This document shows positions 54,536-62,542 of a DNA stretch of 64,000 nucleotides, in pieces. The stretch spans positions 15,367 through 79,366 of the forward strand of contig CAZLPU010000007.1 in NCBI GenBank assembly GCA_964561475.1, read 5' to 3'. Each line of letters begins with the position of its first letter. The first letter of the stretch is position 1. Source of the stretch: an uncultured Alphaproteobacteria bacterium. Lineage in GTDB: Bacteria; Pseudomonadota; Alphaproteobacteria; JAJFIK01. Made by a program: the position numbers and the translations under genes. The notes beneath the pieces were generated by a model that searched no databases, was not told where the DNA came from, and saw only the letters and a list, made by a program, of their open reading frames with translations.

Positions 54536-55930
54536 TCAGACCGCTGATGCCAGGATCCGCCCAGGGGTGTGGGTTTCCCGGTCCGGCGCCGCCTTTTTGC
54601 AGGTGCAGGGTTTGGCGTTCCGGTCGACATTCACGCTGGCCAGGAGGTCAGGGTTGATTTGAACATCAGGCCCCGGCTGCTCACTGGCCTGGGCGGAGGC
54701 GGACCGGACCCCGCCGGTTCGAATCCCGCCAGTCTGAATCCCATCAGTCTGGACCTCGCCCGACTGGAGCGCCGCTGCTTGGGTCACGGCCTCTGAGCTG
54801 GATTGGGGCGCGGCGGATTGAGCCGCCCGGGCGATGGCGTCCAGGGTGGTTTGCCGGTCCAGCATGCTCTGGGTCTGCGGATAGCCGAATTTTTCCAGAA
54901 TGGAGGCCCACCGGTAGACAAAATCGTGGCGCCGGGCGGTGTTCCAGACATTGGCCCGGTGGATCGCATCCATGCGCGCCGGGATCGACTGAATATCCTG
55001 GATCAGATCGACGATATTCGGCGCGTCATAGGGGGCCTGGACCACGGCATCCTGCCAGTCGAAATCCGACCGGATGACCGGGTGATCTTCCGGATAGCTT
55101 CCGACAATCACCGACCCTGCCGCCGCGGCTTCATAATACCGGTGGCCGATTTCGAGGGCGCCGCCGGTGCGTTCCGGCTGATCGAAATTGGCGGTATTGG
55201 CGATGAAGAACTTCGACCGCTTGGCCGTGTTGGCGAAATAAGCCCGGTGCTCAGGCCCGTTGATGGTCTTGCTCGAGGCCACCGTGTCGTACACGTAGTA
55301 GAAGTTCGACACACCGGCATGGCGGACCAGGGCCTCATGGGTGACCTGGGACCGGCGGCCGATATTCAGCACATCAATCGCCCTGTCCGGGTAGTGGGGA
55401 TAGGGACAGAATTTCACCACATCCACGCCGAAATTGAGGAAGGAGCAGGGCCGTCCCGTCACCTCGGACATGACGTCGACGGAATGCTGGGTGCTGACGA
55501 AAATATGGTCACAATCCCGCAGGGGCTCAGCAAGATAGGGGTTCTGCTTCAGGCCCTTGGCCCACACTTCCGGCACATAGGCGACCAGGACATCGGTCTG
55601 GCGGCGCAGGTTGCGGAAGTCGAAAAGCTTGTAGGTCGAGCTCATATTCGGCACGAGGGCGAAAATGAGGTCGTAGTGTTCCTTGATGCTCAGGGAACCG
55701 AATCGGGGGGAGGCGAGGGTTCTCGACAGGGTTTTTGAACAGGTGGCCTTATAGACTGCGGTGAGCACCTTGCGTCGGACATTGAACGGCAGATTGGACG
55801 GCGCGAGCAGGTCCGCATCCATCCAGTCCCGGATCAAATCCTCGAACTCGTAAAAACTCGCCGCGGCAAGGTTGTAGTTCTGCGCCCGGCACGAGAAGAC
55901 CAGTGTTTTGGGTTGACCAGACGGTGACAT
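54536..55930 (-). CDS. CgeB-like / Glyco_trans_1_2-type glycosyltransferase (tentative) with a low-complexity C-terminal tail.
   Basis: KRSKFFIANTANFDQPERTGGALEIGHRYYEAAAAGSVIVG resembles the CgeB-family R.FE..a.G block. The C-terminal 90 aa are repeat-rich (QTDGIQTGGIRTGGVRS). Confidence 0.5.
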   Translation of the reverse strand: MSPSGQPKTLVFSCRAQNYNLAAASFYEFEDLIRDWMDADLLAPSNLPFNVRRKVLTAVYKATCSKTLSRTLASPRFGSLSIKEHYDLIFALVPNMSSTYKLFDFRNLRRQTDVLVAYVPEVWAKGLKQNPYLAEPLRDCDHIFVSTQHSVDVMSEVTGRPCSFLNFGVDVVKFCPYPHYPDRAIDVLNIGRRSQVTHEALVRHAGVSNFYYVYDTVASSKTINGPEHRAYFANTAKRSKFFIANTANFDQPERTGGALEIGHRYYEAAAAGSVIVGSYPEDHPVIRSDFDWQDAVVQAPYDAPNIVDLIQDIQSIPARMDAIHRANVWNTARRHDFVYRWASILEKFGYPQTQSMLDRQTTLDAIARAAQSAAPQSSSEAVTQAAALQSGEVQTDGIQTGGIRTGGVRSASAQASEQPGPDVQINPDLLASVNVDRNAKPCTCKKAAPDRETHTPGRILASAV

Positions 55931-56168
55931 AGCTTTGCCCTTTGCCCCAATTCCTTAAAATCGTACGAAAACGGAACGTTATTCGAAAACCGAAGGCGGC
56001 CGCGCGGTCCTGTCCGCACGCGCCTCATTCATGGCTCCAAACATATGCGCGGGCCATGAAGGGGGATGTGTTCTGCGTCACGGTCTGCCCGGCGACCGCT
56101 TCTTTTATTGGCCGTTTCGCATGACAGCTCACCACCCTGGTGGCGCCTTTTGAGACAGGGCCCTTGTG

Positions 56169-56217
56169 GATAAGGCCCTTTGAGATAAGACCCCTTGGAT
56201 AAGGTCCCCGGGATAAG
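56169..56217. repeat. Four direct repeats with a GATAAG core at 14-15 nt spacing.
   Basis: GATAAG occurs at 56169, 56184, 56198 and 56212. The flanks are similar (cttgtGGATAAGGccc / tttgaGATAAGAccc / cttGGATAAGGtcc / cgGGATAAGGcat). Confidence 0.75.
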
Positions 56218-56361
56218 GCATTGTCCGCCAAGGCCTTGGAAGCACCAGAACCATACCCTGCTATTATGCCATCAAACGGGTGAAGAAAAAGAAATGTTTT
56301 TTGGGTGATCCAGTTTTTGCGGGAAGATCTTGTCTTTGTGGAGAAATCTTCACCTTAAGCG

Positions 56362-56378
56362 TAACCTGTAACAGGTTA
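56362..56378. promoter_or_regulatory. Perfect 17-bp palindrome TAACCTGT-A-ACAGGTTA; candidate operator.
   Basis: The 8-bp arms at 56362-56369 and 56371-56378 are exact reverse complements. The site lies in a lower-GC part of a ~1 kb intergenic region. Confidence 0.45.
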
Positions 56379-56548
56379 TCGAATGTTGGCAAAATGGGGG
56401 CAGGACTACTTCGGCACGGCTCAATGCTTGCTGTACACCGCAAAAGTGCGAATCACAACTTGCCGCTAATCTATCCGTTCCATGGCAATCGCCGCGAGGC
56501 ACCCATGCTGATGATCTATGGGCCGGAAGGCATTGCCCGAAAGAGACG

Positions 56549-56604
56549 GGTAGCCAGCAACTGGTAGCGAAAGATTGGTAGCCAAAGACGGGCAGCAAGA
56601 GAGT
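56549..56604. repeat. Four direct repeats with a GG(T/C)AGC core at exactly 14 nt spacing.
   Basis: GGTAGC occurs at 56549, 56563 and 56577, and GGCAGC at 56591. The units are GGTAGCCAGCAACT / GGTAGCGAAAGATT / GGTAGCCAAAGACG / GGCAGCAAGAGAGT. Confidence 0.75.
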
Positions 56605-56935
56605 GTCACTCAAACACGGAGCGCGTTCCCATACGATTTAACCCTCGCCCACGGCTTTGAACCGGTGCAAGGGTAGAAAGGATGGAACCGCTGTTTTCAT
56701 CCGTTTCCGGATAGCATCGTTTATACCAGCATTCCCCAAAGAGCTATCCTAAATTTTTTAAGGCAGCGGATCCCCGCAACGTGGGAGCCTATGCCAGGCC
56801 CGGCGGCGATGGCTGGCAGGATCGTGATGCTGCCGAATGCGCTCCCCTGCATCCATAGCGTGAGGATTTGTGCTATTTCTGGCCCGTCGCCACGGATTGG
56901 GCGGGCAGCGGAACCACGCATCGAGGGGTAGGGAC

Positions 56936-59215
56936 ATGACGCGGCTCGGGATCATGATCTGCGCACTGTGTGTTGCCATGGCCTCTGGTCCGGCCACGGC
57001 CATGAACACAGACACAGACTTCCATTCGGGCACAAACACCGACAACGATATGAACACGGACACTGTCGATGTCCTTGGTGCCTTGCCGCTCATCCGTGAC
57101 GTGAAAATTGCCCCGGACGGACGCCATATTGCCGTCATTCAACAGGGCGCAGCCAGCGCCGGGGCCATCATTTATCCCAATCGGGACGGCCAGGCCGGCG
57201 CACCGGCCCTGATCGCGCCGGACAACGCCGAAATCACCGCCATTGCCTGGGCCACGAATGACCGTCTGCTGGTGGCCGCCCGGGAAGCGGGTGCGCCCCG
57301 CCGCGGTGGCGGCATTGTCGATCGCACTCAGATCATATCGGTCCGGCCGGACGGGTCCGATGCGGTGATTCTGCAACAGCGCATTACGGGTCTTGCGGGC
57401 AGAGACAATCCGGGGCCCAGCGCCAATCAAGGGCTTCTTGCCCTGCTGCCCGCCAAACGCAACAAGGTCCTGATCAGCGCCGAGGACCGGGACGGGGCGG
57501 TCAATGTCTATGAGGCGGAAATCCGCTCCGGCACGGCGAGCCTATTGGAAGAGGGGATCGTCGAGCGGCGCGCGGGACGCCAGACAATCCGCTGGCAGAG
57601 CACCGTGGACGGCAGCGGTCTCTTGCGGTGGACCATCGATGCAGCGGACGACCCGGCGTTCATGGTCGTGGATCTGCGTCGACCGGGCAGGACATGGCAG
57701 ACCATTCAGCGCTACGACCTTGCCTTGCCCCCGCCCGCGCGCATCGTCTCCTTTGGCGCCCGCCCGGATGAAATCTACGCCATTGCCGACAATGAGAACG
57801 GCGTGCCGTCCTTGTATGAATACGACATCGAGGCGAGCAAGCCGGGCCGATTGGTTCTGGCACCCGGGAGCGGTGCGGTGACAGGGATCGAAATGGATCG
57901 CGCCACCGGTGCCCTGGCGGCCATTCAGGTGACGGACGATGAGCGTGCTCTGCGCTATCTCAGCCCCGCCCGGACGGAGCTGAAAGCCCTTGTCGACCGG
58001 TCCTTCGGCGCAACATCGGTCAACCGGATCCTTTCATCCACGGCCGACGGCAAGCTCCATGTGCTGGCCACGTCCGGGCCTTCGGTGCCGCGCAGTTTCT
58101 ACCTGTTTGATAGTGGGGCAATGACCGCGCGCCGGATCGGTGATGCCTATCCGACTCTGGAGGGCTCGACCCTCTCCCCGGTGCGGGCCTTCACTTATAA
58201 AACGCGCGACGGCCTCGCGCTGCGGGCCTATCTCACCGCGACTGAACAGCCGGACGGACAAGACCCTGGTCCGGCGCCCCTTGTGGTCCTGATCCATGAC
58301 GGGCCGTCCAGGGGCGTGCTTCCGGATCTCGATCCCCAGGGGAGGCGGGTGCAGGGCTTTGCCACCATCACCCCCGATCGTGTGGGCATCCGGGCCAGTC
58401 GGCGTACGGAACCGGGTGATCGGTTGGCCCGGCTGATCTACATCCGCACCGCGATCATCAGCACGATCCGGTTTGACGACTTTTTCGGCGGCCGGTCCGC
58501 GCCTGCGGTCCCTGAACTGAACCGTCAGGGCGGGACGGAAGGGCGTGCGGTGATGGCCTTTGACTACTTGGCCCAGTTTCTTGCCAGCCGGGGTTACGCT
58601 GTTCTGACCCCCAATTTTCGGGGCTCGGAGGGTTTCGGACAGGAAATCCGCGCTGCCGGTCAGGGCGAGTGGGGCCGGGCCATGCAGTCGGACCTTGCCG
58701 ATGCCATCGCCCATGTGGGTCGGGAAGGCTGGGCGGACACCGCCCGGGTCTGCCTTGCGGGGCAGGGTTATGGCGGCTATGCGGCCCTCATGGGCGTGAC
58801 GGCACCGGGATCACCGGGCGCGGTGGACGGGGCGGACTGTGCCATCGCCGTGGCGCCGATCGCCGATCTGGACGAGGCCATCGGCGAAAGCGATGGTCCC
58901 TATGCGGAGGCGTTCTGGGAAGGGGCATTCGGTCCGGACTGGAACAGCCGCGGCGTGCGCGAGGATCTTTCGCCCGTGGCCCGGGCCGGTGATATTGCCG
59001 CTCCGGTGCTTCTCATTCACGGGCAGGGGGATACCACAGTTCCCTTCGTCCAGAGCGAGACCATGGCAGACGCACTCCGGGAGGCTGGCGGCGTGGTCGA
59101 TTTGATCCGCCTCGACACAAACCGCCACGGCCTCGCCGAAACCCGACCCCGGCAACAAGCCCTTCGGGCAATGGACGCTTTCCTGACCCGGTACCTGCCG
59201 GGCACTGACGGGTAA
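56936..59215 (+). CDS. S9 (prolyl oligopeptidase/DPP) family homologue lacking the nucleophile serine; predicted pseudo-peptidase.
   Basis: The signal peptide is MTRLGIMICALCVAMASGPATA, followed by a beta-propeller-like N-terminal region. The alpha/beta-hydrolase part has YAVLTPNFRGSEGFG, the nucleophile elbow CLAGQGYGGYAAL (canonical G-x-S-x-G-G), LLIHGQGDTTVP (Asp) and NRHGL (His). Confidence 0.8.
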   Translation: MTRLGIMICALCVAMASGPATAMNTDTDFHSGTNTDNDMNTDTVDVLGALPLIRDVKIAPDGRHIAVIQQGAASAGAIIYPNRDGQAGAPALIAPDNAEITAIAWATNDRLLVAAREAGAPRRGGGIVDRTQIISVRPDGSDAVILQQRITGLAGRDNPGPSANQGLLALLPAKRNKVLISAEDRDGAVNVYEAEIRSGTASLLEEGIVERRAGRQTIRWQSTVDGSGLLRWTIDAADDPAFMVVDLRRPGRTWQTIQRYDLALPPPARIVSFGARPDEIYAIADNENGVPSLYEYDIEASKPGRLVLAPGSGAVTGIEMDRATGALAAIQVTDDERALRYLSPARTELKALVDRSFGATSVNRILSSTADGKLHVLATSGPSVPRSFYLFDSGAMTARRIGDAYPTLEGSTLSPVRAFTYKTRDGLALRAYLTATEQPDGQDPGPAPLVVLIHDGPSRGVLPDLDPQGRRVQGFATITPDRVGIRASRRTEPGDRLARLIYIRTAIISTIRFDDFFGGRSAPAVPELNRQGGTEGRAVMAFDYLAQFLASRGYAVLTPNFRGSEGFGQEIRAAGQGEWGRAMQSDLADAIAHVGREGWADTARVCLAGQGYGGYAALMGVTAPGSPGAVDGADCAIAVAPIADLDEAIGESDGPYAEAFWEGAFGPDWNSRGVREDLSPVARAGDIAAPVLLIHGQGDTTVPFVQSETMADALREAGGVVDLIRLDTNRHGLAETRPRQQALRAMDAFLTRYLPGTDG

Positions 59216-59224
59216 CGCAGACGG

Positions 59225-60802
59225 TCAGCCGGCGGCGGCGAATTCCGACGCTGGCGGGATCAGGTGTTCCAGGACCTTGGCGGAGGAAATCACACCCGGG
59301 ACGCCCGCGCCCGGATGGGTTCCCGCACCCACCAGATACAGGTTCCGCAGCCCTTCGCTCCTGTTGTGGAAGCGGAAATAGGCGGACTGGGTGAAATAGG
59401 GCGCGATGGAAAAGCCTGCCCCTCCGGCGCTCAGATAGTTGGTCTGGAAATCCGCCGGGGTCATCCAGAAGTCTTCCACGATCGAGTCTTTCAGGCCCGG
59501 CAGCATGGACTGGTCCAGGGCCTCCACGATCCGGTCTCTCAGGCGGCTGCCCTCCACGGACCAGTCAATGTCCGCCCGCAGATTGGGCACCGGACAGAGC
59601 ACATAGAAGGACTCACAGCCCGGCGGCGCGAAGGAGGGGTCCGTGGCCGTGGGCCGGTGGGCATAAAGGGAGAAGTCTTTTGGCATGGTCTTGCCGTGGA
59701 AAATCTCCTTCAAGAGTTCCTTGTATCGGGGACCAAGCCAGATCGTGTGGTGGGCCACATCGGGATAGGGGCGGGTGGTGCCGAAATAGAGCACATAAAG
59801 CCCCATGGAGAGGCGCCCGGTGCGATGCTTCGTACGCAGAGTGGCAGGCTGATCCTTGCGGGGCACCATCTTGTCGTAAAGATGCATGGGATCCGCGTTG
59901 GAGACCACCAGATCCGCGGACACCTTGCGTCCGCCCTCCAGGGTCACGCCGATGGCCCGGCCGTTCTCGGTCTGAATTTCGTCAACGGTGGTGTTCAAAT
60001 GGACACCGATCCCTTCTTCCCTGGCCAGCTTTACCAGTCCGTCCACCAGGGCCCCGGTGCCGCCCATGGCGAAATGCACCCCCCATTTGCGCTCCAGGAA
60101 GTGGATCAGGTTGTAGATGCAGGTGGTCTCGAAGGGATTGCCGCCCACCAACAGGGGCTGGATGGAAAAGGCCTGACGGATTTTCGGGTGCTTGAGATAT
60201 TTGGCGATGAGCTGCCAGACGGTGCGATAGTTTTCCAGCCGGATCAGGGCGGGAACCTGGGCGGCCATCACCCGGGGGTCATGGAAGGGCTGATCCGCCA
60301 GAGCGGTGAACCCCACGTCGAAAATACGTTCGGAATGGTCCAGAAGCCGCAGATATCCGTCCGCGTCCTTTTCACTGATCCGGCGGATCTCTCTCAGTGT
60401 GTCCTCGACGGTGCCGCCATAATCGAACCGGTCGCCGTCCGGATACCGGAACCGGTACCAAAGATCGAGGGGCACGAGGCGGACATAATCGGAGAGGGAT
60501 TTGCCGAAGAGATCGAACAACTCTTCCAACAGAAACGGCGCGGTGATGACCGTCGGCCCCGCATCGTGGCGAAAGCCGCCCCGCTCGAACACCTGCGCCC
60601 GACCGCCCGCGCGGGGGGCCCGGTCGAACATCTCGACCGCGTAGCCCTTGGCCCGGAGACGGAGAGCCGCGGACAGTCCGCCAAAGCCCGCGCCGATGAC
60701 CACCGCTTTGGGTGTTGAAGCAACCAGGGCACCGGAGGGGGTCTCAAAAGGTGCTGGGGAGTCAGAGTGTCCGCTTTCCGGTGTATTGTTGGTCTGGCTC
60801 AT
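59225..60802 (-). CDS. crtI: Phytoene desaturase.
   Basis: KAVVIGAGFGGLSAALRL is the FAD fold. The C-terminus is NLYLVGAGTHPGAGVPGVISSAKV. Overall CrtI-type length. The ATG is at 60802. Confidence 0.9.
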   Translation of the reverse strand: MSQTNNTPESGHSDSPAPFETPSGALVASTPKAVVIGAGFGGLSAALRLRAKGYAVEMFDRAPRAGGRAQVFERGGFRHDAGPTVITAPFLLEELFDLFGKSLSDYVRLVPLDLWYRFRYPDGDRFDYGGTVEDTLREIRRISEKDADGYLRLLDHSERIFDVGFTALADQPFHDPRVMAAQVPALIRLENYRTVWQLIAKYLKHPKIRQAFSIQPLLVGGNPFETTCIYNLIHFLERKWGVHFAMGGTGALVDGLVKLAREEGIGVHLNTTVDEIQTENGRAIGVTLEGGRKVSADLVVSNADPMHLYDKMVPRKDQPATLRTKHRTGRLSMGLYVLYFGTTRPYPDVAHHTIWLGPRYKELLKEIFHGKTMPKDFSLYAHRPTATDPSFAPPGCESFYVLCPVPNLRADIDWSVEGSRLRDRIVEALDQSMLPGLKDSIVEDFWMTPADFQTNYLSAGGAGFSIAPYFTQSAYFRFHNRSEGLRNLYLVGAGTHPGAGVPGVISSAKVLEHLIPPASEFAAAG

Positions 60803-60807
60803 CTGAT

Positions 60808-60845
60808 CCCATCCTTCTGGCCCCCATCCAAAGGATGGGTTTTTC
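60808..60845. promoter_or_regulatory. Hairpin plus duplicated SD-like heptamer in the crtI 5' leader. On the plus strand it reads as a terminator-like hairpin with a T5 run.
   Basis: Plus strand: CCCATCC (60808-14), CCCATCC (60823-29), aaa, GGATGGG (60833-39), ttttt. Minus-strand mRNA: aaaaaCCCAUCCuuuGGAUGGGggccagaaGGAUGGGaucagAUG. Confidence 0.45.
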
Positions 60846-61344
60846 TGGCGCCGGCCTGTTTCCAGATCGGTTTCGCGCCGGTTTTTCATCAAACTGCTGG
60901 AGCTTACCGCTCGTCCATGGTCCTACTTACGTGTCCGGTTCCGCTGCGGATGAAGCCGGGTGTCGGCTTGGGAAGCGAATTCGGGGACCGTGGGCCGTGA
61001 CTGAACTTCGTTATAGTGTACGAATCTCCCCTGGGGAGATTTGGCGGCGCCGGTTCGCAGCGGCATATTGCTTTTTAGCCCCGCCGCCAACACCATGCGC
61101 GAAGACACCTGTGTCCGGTCAGCATGGCCCGCGGGGGGCGCGGCTCCAGGATCCCCTATGGGCGGGCGCGCCGTCGCCGGAAGTCCACCCATAACAGGAT
61201 CATAAGAGAAGGAGCGCGAAGCGGGGGAATGAGGCAGAGGGATCTTGCCCAATCCGGCGCAGCGCCTGGGAGAAACAAAAAATGGATGCAGGCCGCCTTG
61301 CGCCGGTTCACGGCGCAACGGGCAATGATGGGGTGGACGGGATC

Positions 61345-62250
61345 ATGACCGGGCGCGGGGATTTTGCGGCCTGGCGGGAGACCATCGAAAGCCGTCTCTC
61401 GAGCCTGATGACCTTCGCGGGGGAGACGCCTGCGTCCTTGAGAGATTCCATGCGCCACAGCCTGCTGGCGCCGGGCAAGCGGCTTCGGGCCCTGCTCGTG
61501 ATGGCCTGTGCCTCCGAACGCACTCTGGCGCCCGACAACGCCCCCGGCCATGCCCTGGACAGCGCCTGTGCCGTGGAAATGGTGCACGCCGCATCGCTCA
61601 TCCTTGATGATCTTCCGTCCATGGATGATGCGTCCCTGCGCCGGGGACAGCCCGCGAATCACGTTGTTTTCGGCGAAAGCACCGCGATCCTGGCAGGAAT
61701 TGCCCTTCTGTCCGAAGCATTCCAGGTGGTGGCCCGTGACCCCCATCTTTCGCCGGATGCCCGTGCCGAAGCGGTTCGTGTTCTGAGCAACGCCGTCGGC
61801 GTCAAGGGGCTTGCCGCCGGTCAGTTTGCCGATCTCGAGCGCGAGCGCAGCCACACCACCTGCGCCTTCGAGACCATCCACGCCCAGAAAACCGGTGCAC
61901 TTTTTGCCGCATCCGCCGAGATGGGCGGTCTGATCGCCAGGGCCTCCACGGAGAGCCGAATCCACCATGCCCAGCTCGGCATGGCCATCGGCATGGCCTT
62001 CCAGGCCTTTGACGATGTGCTCGATCACATTGGCAAGCCCGCCCATACGGGCAAAAATGTCGGCCAGGACATGGCCCAGGGATCCCTGGTCAACCGGCTC
62101 GACGTGGACGGCGCGACGGCGAAGATTTTCTGCCATCTCGACGAGGCGGAGACCCATCGCCGTGCCGTTTGCGCTGACAACGGGCCGCTTCAGGGCTATA
62201 TCTCCCATTTGAGGGGAGAGCTTGAACGGCATCTCGACTTGTGTTGCTGA
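61345..62250 (+). CDS. crtE: Geranylgeranyl diphosphate synthase.
   Basis: The polyprenyl synthetase FARM is ASLILDDLPSMDDASLRRG and the SARM is AFQAFDDVLD. The gene is divergent from crtI. An alternative start is at 61282. Confidence 0.85.
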   Translation: MTGRGDFAAWRETIESRLSSLMTFAGETPASLRDSMRHSLLAPGKRLRALLVMACASERTLAPDNAPGHALDSACAVEMVHAASLILDDLPSMDDASLRRGQPANHVVFGESTAILAGIALLSEAFQVVARDPHLSPDARAEAVRVLSNAVGVKGLAAGQFADLERERSHTTCAFETIHAQKTGALFAASAEMGGLIARASTESRIHHAQLGMAIGMAFQAFDDVLDHIGKPAHTGKNVGQDMAQGSLVNRLDVDGATAKIFCHLDEAETHRRAVCADNGPLQGYISHLRGELERHLDLCC

Positions 62251-62542
62251 CAGGACTTGTATTCCTGACAGGACGTGGGGCATTGGCCTGACCAGGACTG
62301 TCGGCTGACTCGTTTGGCCTGAGGATTTGCCACCAGGTGCTGGGCGGGTCCCGCACAGTGCCGCGGTTTGTTGTCTCGGGCCATCGCGTGGGGTCAGGAT
62401 CTGCGGTCCGCGGCGCCTGTACCGTTCAACAGCTTTCCATGAATAGTCTCGCTGGCTCGCCGCCGGTACCGTGCCTTTGGGGATCTTTTGCAGGTCTCCC
62501 TGGTGCGCCGGCGCCGGGCTCGCTCAACTACGCACAGGCGCC

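Noticed and set aside
56280-56567. 95-aa ORF (MKKKKCFLGD...) in the repeat-rich intergenic region.
   Set aside because: It has no RBS, odd composition and a GTG start. It overlaps the palindrome and part of the repeat array. It is more likely non-coding, although a small protein cannot be excluded.
60803-61344. PpsR/CrtJ-type TGT-N12-ACA palindromes in the crtI-crtE divergent promoter region.
   Set aside because: I checked every TGT I noticed in the intergenic sequence by eye, and none is followed by ACA at N12. There are also no photosynthesis (bch/puf) genes in the window.
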